12,376 bases of DNA from Candidatus Rokuibacteriota bacterium (GTDB lineage: Bacteria; Methylomirabilota; Methylomirabilia; Rokubacteriales; DASRDR01): assembly GCA_044866005.1 (NCBI GenBank), contig JBIOTN010000104.1, positions 1-12,376 of the forward strand, in the 5' to 3' direction. Within the stretch, counting starts at the first letter, position 1, and each line of letters starts with the position of its first letter. A program made the position numbers and the translations under genes. Below the pieces are notes generated by a model that was not told the DNA's origin, ran no database searches, and worked only from the letters and a program-made list of their open reading frames with translations. Shown here piece by piece: positions 1 to 6,006 of the stretch.

Positions 1-190
1 CGAACCCGCCGCCCGAGGGCATCATGATGTCGGTCACGATCAGGGCCGGCTGCTCCCGGTGCGCCTGCATCAGGGCCTGCGTGGCCTCCAGGGCGGTCAG
101 CACCGCGTAGCCGGCGTTCCGGAGCAGCTTGGTCAGGAGCAGGACCGTCGTCCGGTCGTCGTCGACCACGAGGATCCGCTTCCCGCTCAT
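1..190 (-). CDS. Response regulator receiver-domain protein (CheY-like), 5' part only, runs off the window edge
   Basis: Not in the ORF track. Manual translation from ATG at 190: MSGKRILVVDDDRTTVLLLTKLLRNAGYAVLTALEATQALMQAHREQPALIVTDIMMPSGGGF. It has the acidic pocket ILVVDDD and the phosphoacceptor motif LIVTDIMMP. Confidence 0.93.
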   Translation of the reverse strand, partial: MSGKRILVVDDDRTTVLLLTKLLRNAGYAVLTALEATQALMQAHREQPALIVTDIMMPSGGGF

Positions 191-198
191 GTCGGCCG

Positions 199-204
199 AT
201 CATA
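199..204 (-). promoter_or_regulatory. Putative sigma70 -10 element (TATGAT) 8 nt upstream of the receiver-gene ATG, suggesting a leaderless or near-leaderless transcript
   Basis: Minus strand reads cggcgcTATGATcggccgacATG. The hexamer matches TATAAT at 5/6 in very GC-rich DNA, and there is no SD before the ATG. Confidence 0.55.
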
Positions 205-308
205 GCGCCGCGCGCCGCAGCCCGACAAGCTTCGAGCGGTCCCGGGGGGCCCGGGAGACCGGCCCTGACCCGTGAAACGCCGCGCGCCCGCCCGACCGCG
301 CGCGCCCT

Positions 309-3300
309 TCACGGCAACGGGGGCGCCGAGCGATCGTGATGGCTCTCGGCGGCGTCCAGGATCTCCCGCACCTTGTGCGCCAGCCCGTCCGGCGTGAACG
401 GCTTTGGGAGGAAGGCCATCCCGGCGGTCAGTACCCCGTGGCGGACCATGGCGTCGTCCGTGTAGCCGGAGACGTAGAGCACCCTCATCGTGGGGTGCAG
501 GCGCGCCATGCGGGCGGCGAGCTCGGGGCCGCTCATTTCCGGCATCACGACGTCGGTCACCATGAGGTCGAGCGCGCGATCGACCCGCGCCGCGATCAGG
601 AGGGCGTCGCCGGGCCGGGGCGCCTCCAGCACGGTGTAGCCCTGCGCCTCGAGGATCTCGCGCGAGAGATCGCGGACGGCGGCTTCGTCCTCGACCAGCA
701 GGACGGTCTCCGACCCGCGGGGCGGTCCCGCGTGCGCTGGGCCCGGCTCGAGCTCGTCGGGCGGCGCGTCTACCCGGGGCAGGTAGATCGTGAAGGTCGC
801 GCCGCGCCCGAGCTCGCTCCGCACGGCGATGTAGCCGCCGCTCTGCTTCACGATCCCATAGACGGTAGCCAGGCCGAGTCCCGTGCCCTTCCCGGGCTCC
901 TTGGTCGTGAAGAAGGGCTCGAAGAGATGGGCCTGGACCGCGGCGTCCATCCCCACGCCCGTGTCGGTCACGGCGAGCATCACGCAGCGGCCGGGGCGCA
1001 TCCCGACGTGGTCGCGGACGAAGCCCGCGTCGAGCTCGACGTTCGCGGTCTCGATCGTGAGCTTCCCCCCTCTGGGCATGGCGTCGCGGGCGTTGACCGC
1101 GAGGTTCAGGATGACCTGCTCGAGCTGCCCCGGGTCGGCGCTCACGCTGGCCAGGTCCGGCCCCGGCGTGATCACGACCTCGATGTCCTCGCCGATCAGC
1201 CGGCGCAGCATCTTCTCGATCCCGACGACGACGGCGTTCAGATCCAGGACCTTCGGCGCGAGGACCTGCTTGCGACCGAACGCGAGAAGCTGCTGCGTCA
1301 GCGTGGTGGCGCGTCGCGCGGTCTGCTGGATGAGCAGGACGTGCCGGCGGAGCCCATCGTCCGCCCCGATCCGACGGAGGAGTATCTCGCTGCGGCCCGT
1401 GATGACGGTCAGCAGGTTGTTGAAGTCGTGGGCAATCCCTCCCGCCAGCCGCCCGATGGCGTCCATCTTCTGCGCCTGCGTGAGCTGGTTCTGGACGCGC
1501 GCCACCTCCTCGTAGGCCCGGCGCGAGGCTTCGTAGAGCCGCGCGTTCTCCAGGGCGGTCGCCGCCTGGGCCGCGAAGAGCTCGAGCAGCCCCTCCTCCT
1601 CGCCGCTGAACTGTCGCGGGGTCTTCGTCGCGACCGTCAGCGCGCCGAGGGCTCGCTCGCCCAGGAGGAGCGGGGTCGCGACCTGGGAGACGTAGCCGCC
1701 GGCATGGACCCAGTCCTTGCTGAACTGGAGCGGATCGTCGAGCAGATTCGGGGAGTACCGCTTTCGCTTCTGGTCGATGACCCAGCCCACGAGCCCGTGT
1801 CCGTACGAGACCCGGGTCGGGATCGGCTGCGGCACGGGGTCCCCGGAGCGGGCCTTGATGGCCGCGAGCCTGAGCGTGGCCGTCTCCTCCTCGACGACCC
1901 AGAGCCGTGCGAGGTCGCCCCGGATGAGATCCAGCGCCGCCTGCACGACCGAGTCCAGGACCTTCTGGAAGTCCAGCGACGCGGTGACGAGCTGGCTGAG
2001 CTCGGTGAGCCCTCGCATCTGGGCGAGGCGCGTCTGGGCTTCCTCGTAGAGCTGGGCGTTCCGCAAGGCGACGGCCGCGGGCGTCGCGAGCGCCTGGGCG
2101 AGCGCCACCTCCTCCGGCGACCATTCCCGACGCGTGCGCGTCAGGCAGGCCAGGATCCCGACCGGCACTTCGCCGAGCAGGAGGGGAACTCCCAGCAGCG
2201 AACACAGCCCTTCGGCCTCGAACCACGCCCGGTTCTTCAGGCGCGGCTCGGCGAGCACGTCGGGGACCGCCTGGGGGCGGGCCTGGGTCATGATCGCGCC
2301 CGACAGCCCTTGGCCGGGCTCGAGCCGCCGCTCGTGCGGTGTGTCCGACCACGTCACGCCCGCCTGGGAAGCGAGCAGCAGCGCGCCGGAGGCGTCGTCG
2401 CGGAGCCAGATCCGGACGACATCGCTCCGGAGGAGGGCGCGCGTGATCTCCGCCAGGCGCTCCAGGACTTCGGGCAGCTTCAGGGTCGAGGCGAGGAGCC
2501 GCCCGGCCTCGACGAGGCTCTGCTGCTCGGCCGCCCGGCGCGCCAGCGCAGCATTGGACCGCCCGACCTTGAGCATGGTGTAAGCGGCATAGCCGAGCAG
2601 GAGCACGGAGAGCACGTAGAGGTAGACGCGGTAGACGTTGGCGCGGTGCAGGGCGTATTCGTGGGAGGCGTTGTAGGCCTGATAGAGCTCGTCGACCCGC
2701 TCGGTGCTGGGCAGCGACACGAGCCGCGCGAGCAGCCCGTCCACCGTGTCCGTCTTCTCGAGGACCGTCTGGGCGTGCGACAGCACGTTGTCGAGCGCCG
2801 TCGCGACGTCGGCCGGGTACTGGCTGCGCATCGCCCGCAACCGATCGATCAACGCCCCGAGCTTCGAATCGAGCGCCTCGTCCCGGTTCAGGTTGTAGAC
2901 GAGCGTGTCCCGCAGCAGTTCGTGGAGCACGGCCGTCAGCGACCGAGCCTGGCTGCTGTCGCCCGCGCGCGCGGCGAGCGCGGTGACGGCCGTCGGGAAG
3001 TAGCGGAGCGAGTTCGTGAGGACGGCGTTCTCCGACTTGAAGCGCTCGACCAACGACTCGCGCTCGGCGAGCACGCGCTCGTACGCCAGGATCCGCCTGT
3101 CGAGGTCGGGCTGGCCCTGCCCATAGACGGCGACGCGACCGGCCTTGAGGCTCCCGGAGAGCAGCTTGAGCTCCCGCAGGGTCGCCACCAGGGGGTCGTA
3201 ACTGCCGAGCAGGGCGAGCCTCGACTTCAGGATGTCCTGGTTCAGCGTGGCCTCGAGCTGCTTGAGCCGGCGCAGGTTGTCGACGACCTGAGTGTGCTTC

Positions 3301-3395
3301 TCGAGGTCGATCGATTCGGTCCGGACGAAGAGAAGGGTCAACAGGGCGAGGACGCCCAGGCCGAGGAAGAGCTGTCGGAGCCGCGCGGCCGTCAC
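309..3395 (-). CDS. Membrane-bound hybrid sensor histidine kinase: TM, DAHL-like periplasmic domain, TM, GAF, GAF, HisKA, HATPase_c, REC (1028 aa)
   Basis: Same frame as track ORF 309..4166, but the real start is GTG at 3395, overlapping the upstream TGA (GTGA). TM1 LFLGLGVLALLTLLFV. Helical periplasmic region LKQLEATLNQDILKSR..LLGSYDPLV...VERFKSENAVLTNSLRYFP (DAHL-like by recall). TM2 YRVYLYVLSVLLLGYAAYTML. Two GAFs (SLLGVPLL..AVALRNAQLY; QVATPLL..ATALENARLY). H-box GGIAHDFNNLL, N-box NLAVNARDAM, DTGVGM, FEPFFTTK, GTGLGL. REC motifs LLVEDE, TDVVMP, SGY, KPF. Confidence 0.95.
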   Translation of the reverse strand: MTAARLRQLFLGLGVLALLTLLFVRTESIDLEKHTQVVDNLRRLKQLEATLNQDILKSRLALLGSYDPLVATLRELKLLSGSLKAGRVAVYGQGQPDLDRRILAYERVLAERESLVERFKSENAVLTNSLRYFPTAVTALAARAGDSSQARSLTAVLHELLRDTLVYNLNRDEALDSKLGALIDRLRAMRSQYPADVATALDNVLSHAQTVLEKTDTVDGLLARLVSLPSTERVDELYQAYNASHEYALHRANVYRVYLYVLSVLLLGYAAYTMLKVGRSNAALARRAAEQQSLVEAGRLLASTLKLPEVLERLAEITRALLRSDVVRIWLRDDASGALLLASQAGVTWSDTPHERRLEPGQGLSGAIMTQARPQAVPDVLAEPRLKNRAWFEAEGLCSLLGVPLLLGEVPVGILACLTRTRREWSPEEVALAQALATPAAVALRNAQLYEEAQTRLAQMRGLTELSQLVTASLDFQKVLDSVVQAALDLIRGDLARLWVVEEETATLRLAAIKARSGDPVPQPIPTRVSYGHGLVGWVIDQKRKRYSPNLLDDPLQFSKDWVHAGGYVSQVATPLLLGERALGALTVATKTPRQFSGEEEGLLELFAAQAATALENARLYEASRRAYEEVARVQNQLTQAQKMDAIGRLAGGIAHDFNNLLTVITGRSEILLRRIGADDGLRRHVLLIQQTARRATTLTQQLLAFGRKQVLAPKVLDLNAVVVGIEKMLRRLIGEDIEVVITPGPDLASVSADPGQLEQVILNLAVNARDAMPRGGKLTIETANVELDAGFVRDHVGMRPGRCVMLAVTDTGVGMDAAVQAHLFEPFFTTKEPGKGTGLGLATVYGIVKQSGGYIAVRSELGRGATFTIYLPRVDAPPDELEPGPAHAGPPRGSETVLLVEDEAAVRDLSREILEAQGYTVLEAPRPGDALLIAARVDRALDLMVTDVVMPEMSGPELAARMARLHPTMRVLYVSGYTDDAMVRHGVLTAGMAFLPKPFTPDGLAHKVREILDAAESHHDRSAPPLP

Positions 3396-4435
3396 AGCGA
3401 CTCGCCGTCGTATTCCCCGGTCAGCGTTTTCAGGAACGCCACCAGGAGCTCGATCTCGGCCGCCGAGAGTGGGCGCCCGAGCTGGTATTGCCCCATGATC
3501 GCGACTGCCTGCGGCAGCGTCTTGGCCGAGCCGTCGTGAAAGTAGGGCGCCGTGCGGTCGACGTTGCGGAGCCCGGGGACCTTGAACGTGTGGCGGTCCT
3601 GCTCCTGGCCGGTGACGTTGAACCGCCCGAGGTCGGCCGGTGTCGGGTTGCCGCGATCCGCAAAGTAATCGGCCATGACGCCGAACTTCTGGAACATGTT
3701 GCCGCCGACGTTGACGCCCTGATGGCAGGCCACGCACCCGAGCTTCTTGAACAGGAGGTAGCCCGCGCGGGCCTGCTCGCTGATCGCGCCGCGATCGCCT
3801 CGCAGGTACCGGTCGAAGGGCGCGTTGGGGGTGAGCAGGGAGCGCTCGAAGGTCGCGATCGCGTCCTGGATGGTGTGGATCTGGATGCCGTCGGGATAGA
3901 GCCCGGCGAACGCCGACACGTAGCTCGGGTCCTGCCTGAGCTTGCCGAGGACCTCCGGCCAGCCCGAGCCCATTTCCTTGGGGTTCTGGACCGGGCCGTC
4001 GATCTGCGCTTCGAGCGTGTCCGCGCGGCCGTCCCAGAATTGCTTGAAGTTCAGGCTGCTGTTGAAGACCGTGGGGGCGTTCACGTCGGCCTCGCGGCCC
4101 CCGATGCCGATCGACCGCGCCAGGTGGTCGGTCCCGCCGGTCCGGAGGTCGTGGCAGCTCGCGCACGCGATGCGGTTGTCCCCCGAGAGCCGCGGGTCGT
4201 GGAAGAGGCGGCGGCCGAGCGCGACCTTCCGTGGGTCCAGGGTGACGGTGAGGGGGATGGGCCGGATCGGCTCGTCCCTGGCGGCGCCGTCGGTCGCCAC
4301 CGCGGCCGGGACGGCGTCGGCCGGGGGTCTCGGTGCGACCGGAAGCGAGAGCCAGAGGGCAGCCCCGAACGTCCCGACCATCCCGAGCGCGACGAGCGCG
4401 AGCGGGTACGGGAGGCGCCTGCCGTTGCCCTTCAT
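3392..4435 (-). CDS. Di-heme cytochrome c peroxidase family protein (bCcP/MauG superfamily) with N-terminal signal or membrane anchor (347 aa)
   Basis: Two heme motifs: CASCH (4151-4165) and CVACH (3722-3736). Family motifs LGRRLFHDPRLS, NAPTVFNS, QFWDGRA, NPKEM, FKVPGLRNV, TAPYFHDGS, MGQYQLG. ATG at 4435 is preceded by GAAGG and followed by a basic then hydrophobic segment. Confidence 0.95.
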   Translation of the reverse strand: MKGNGRRLPYPLALVALGMVGTFGAALWLSLPVAPRPPADAVPAAVATDGAARDEPIRPIPLTVTLDPRKVALGRRLFHDPRLSGDNRIACASCHDLRTGGTDHLARSIGIGGREADVNAPTVFNSSLNFKQFWDGRADTLEAQIDGPVQNPKEMGSGWPEVLGKLRQDPSYVSAFAGLYPDGIQIHTIQDAIATFERSLLTPNAPFDRYLRGDRGAISEQARAGYLLFKKLGCVACHQGVNVGGNMFQKFGVMADYFADRGNPTPADLGRFNVTGQEQDRHTFKVPGLRNVDRTAPYFHDGSAKTLPQAVAIMGQYQLGRPLSAAEIELLVAFLKTLTGEYDGESL

Positions 4436-4525
4436 CGCGAGGCCTTCACTCGATCCGGAAACCGGAGGCGGGAGCCGCGCCTTCGCCCGGGGCCCGTTGC
4501 GATCGTCTCCCTCCTCGATGCGAGG

Positions 4526-4531
4526 ATGATA
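4526..4531 (-). promoter_or_regulatory. Possible -10 element (TATCAT) for the peroxidase-kinase operon
   Basis: Minus strand gggtTATCATcc about 90 nt upstream of ATG 4435. No convincing -35 at 17 bp spacing. Confidence 0.3.
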
Positions 4532-4830
4532 ACCCGCCGCTCGTTCGCGCCGTGCATTTCGGGCCGGCTCCCCGACCGCTTCGCCCGTGGGCCCCCGCGC
4601 CACGGCGCGCGACGGCCGTATCAACCGGGTTTGGCCCTCGACCTGCGACGGGTTTCCCGGGCGGGCCCGGGGGGTGGGCCATTTCCGGCCAGTTCGGCCG
4701 GGCCTTACCGGCTGTTGGACTTACTTCGCGCGCGGGGGCCGGGAGCGTACGACGTACCGGGCCGGGCGCCTGGCCGAGCCGCCCGGCCCAGAGGGAGGGG
4801 GGGCGTGCCCAGGGGAACGGGGGCCGGAGT

Positions 4831-4852
4831 GGCGGAGGCTCAGCCTCCCGCC
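4831..4852. terminator. GC-rich hairpin over the DUF3047 stop codon, possible terminator or stability element
   Basis: GGCGGAGGCT-C-AGCCTCCCGCC inverted repeat with one bulge. No U tract. Confidence 0.25.
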
Positions 4853-5535
4853 GCGCCGGTCGGGGAGGCGTCCGACGCCGGACAGACGCGGAAGCCTGTG
4901 TAGTCACCGACCGCCCGGCTCCGCGTGTCGTCGGCGTCCGTGAGCACGGCGATGCCCCGCGGCGATCCGGGCGCCTCCCCGAAGAGCCGCTGGTAGTCCT
5001 GCGCGACGTCGACGCGCTCCTCCACCCACCCGGGCTCGGCCGGCTCGCCGGCGCGGAGGACGAGCATCCGCGTGAGGCCCCGGCTGGCCGAGGCCGTCGT
5101 GCCGGCCGGCGCCACGCGGCTCCAGACGTACTTCACGGTCTTGACCGTGACCGGGCTGTGGGGGAAGACGGCGTAGACGCCGAGCACGCTGTCGTTCCGC
5201 CGACCGTCGCGCTCGTCGGCGCCGACCGGAAAGGTCTGGGGCCGCCACCGCCAGGTCAGGACGGGATGGCTCTTGAGGTCCCACTCGAACTCCTTCCCCA
5301 TCTGGACGCCGCTGCCGACGGCGGTCGCGCGGATGAAGCGCACGCCGCCCTCCTCGAGCACCCGGTACACCTCGCGGGCCTTGTCCTCCTTCGGTCGCCA
5401 GTCCTCGGGGTAGGTCCCGACCGGGCTCTTCGCCAGGTCCGCGACCGGCCGACACTCCGCGGGCAGGGCCGGCCGCGTCCCGAGGACGAGGCCGGCGACG
5501 ACCAGTCCGCCCAGCCAGAGGCTCCACCGTCCCAT
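4840..5535 (-). CDS. DUF3047-family exported protein (231 aa)
   Basis: ATG 5535 with strong SD GAAGGAGG. Signal peptide MGRWSLWLGGLVVAGLVLGTRPALPA. Motifs PVLTWRWR, GADER...ND...VYAVF, KYVWS, WVEERVDVAQDY, GIAVLTDADDT are typical of DUF3047. Confidence 0.85.
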   Translation of the reverse strand: MGRWSLWLGGLVVAGLVLGTRPALPAECRPVADLAKSPVGTYPEDWRPKEDKAREVYRVLEEGGVRFIRATAVGSGVQMGKEFEWDLKSHPVLTWRWRPQTFPVGADERDGRRNDSVLGVYAVFPHSPVTVKTVKYVWSRVAPAGTTASASRGLTRMLVLRAGEPAEPGWVEERVDVAQDYQRLFGEAPGSPRGIAVLTDADDTRSRAVGDYTGFRVCPASDASPTGAAGG

Positions 5536-5881
5536 GCTGCCTCCTTCGCCTGATGTCATCCTCCCGCTCCGCGGGGGCGGCCGCCCGTCGGGACCGCCTG
5601 GGCCCGGGCGCCGGCTGCCACGACACGAGGCGCACGAGGGCCCGATGCCCCGTCCGTAGTCTCACCCCGACCGACCCTCGCCGTCGACCTCACGCTGGAG
5701 AGCGCCTCGGTGCCGAGCGCGCGGCCGTCCTGGGCCACGAGCTCGGCCCCGTGGCGGCGCGACGCTCGCGCAATCCGGGTGGGGTCGTGGGGACGGGCCT
5801 GCTCCTCCTCGGCTCGGCCCGGTGCGGGAGGAGACCCGGCGCATCCTGGAAAGCCTCGAGTTCTGGAGCCCGATTAATTCC

Positions 5882-5910
5882 TTGAGCGGCGGCCGGGGCG
5901 AGGATACGAT
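5882..5910 (+). promoter_or_regulatory. Sigma70-type promoter of the MshEN gene: TTGAGC-N17-TACGAT
   Basis: -35 TTGAGC at 5882-5887, exactly 17 nt spacer, -10 TACGAT at 5905-5910. AT-rich ATTAATT lies just upstream (UP-like). SD GGGAGG at 5993-5998 is 8 nt before GTG 6007. Confidence 0.65.
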
Positions 5911-6006
5911 GGAACGCTTCGCCGGAAAGCCTCCAATGCGAGCGAGGGAAGCCCCGAGGAAACCCCGCGCCGCCGCCTCCCGGGAAGGCGTCGGGAGGGT
6001 CGGCTG

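Noticed and set aside
336..3539. 1067-aa plus-strand ORF, along with 187..2352, 883..1515, 3488..4903 and similar
   Set aside because: Antisense or alternate-frame shadows of the kinase and peroxidase genes. Stops are rare in high-GC DNA and these translations show no domain motifs.
3396..4166. N-terminal 257 aa of the 1285-aa track ORF, which could suggest a peroxidase-kinase fusion or frameshift
   Set aside because: Low-complexity R/P/G translation of the peroxidase gene in another frame. A clean GTGA stop/start overlap followed by a TM segment explains two separate genes.
4436..4624. Longer peroxidase start at 4624 and an SD-like GAGGAGGGAG near 4507-4516
   Set aside because: The extension is non-protein-like and would bury the signal segment. 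No ATG/GTG/TTG follows the SD-like run at a suitable spacing.
4631..4647. Sigma54-like TTGGC-N8-TGC on the plus strand with GG-N10-GC spacing
   Set aside because: It points away from the peroxidase operon, no credible plus-strand gene lies downstream, and the match is partial in GC-rich DNA.
5556..5885. Small ORFs between DUF3047 and the MshEN gene (5556..5738, 5553..5885, 5822..6010 full length)
   Set aside because: No motifs or convincing RBS. The ATG at 5909 overlaps the -10 box, so the region is better read as a divergent promoter region.
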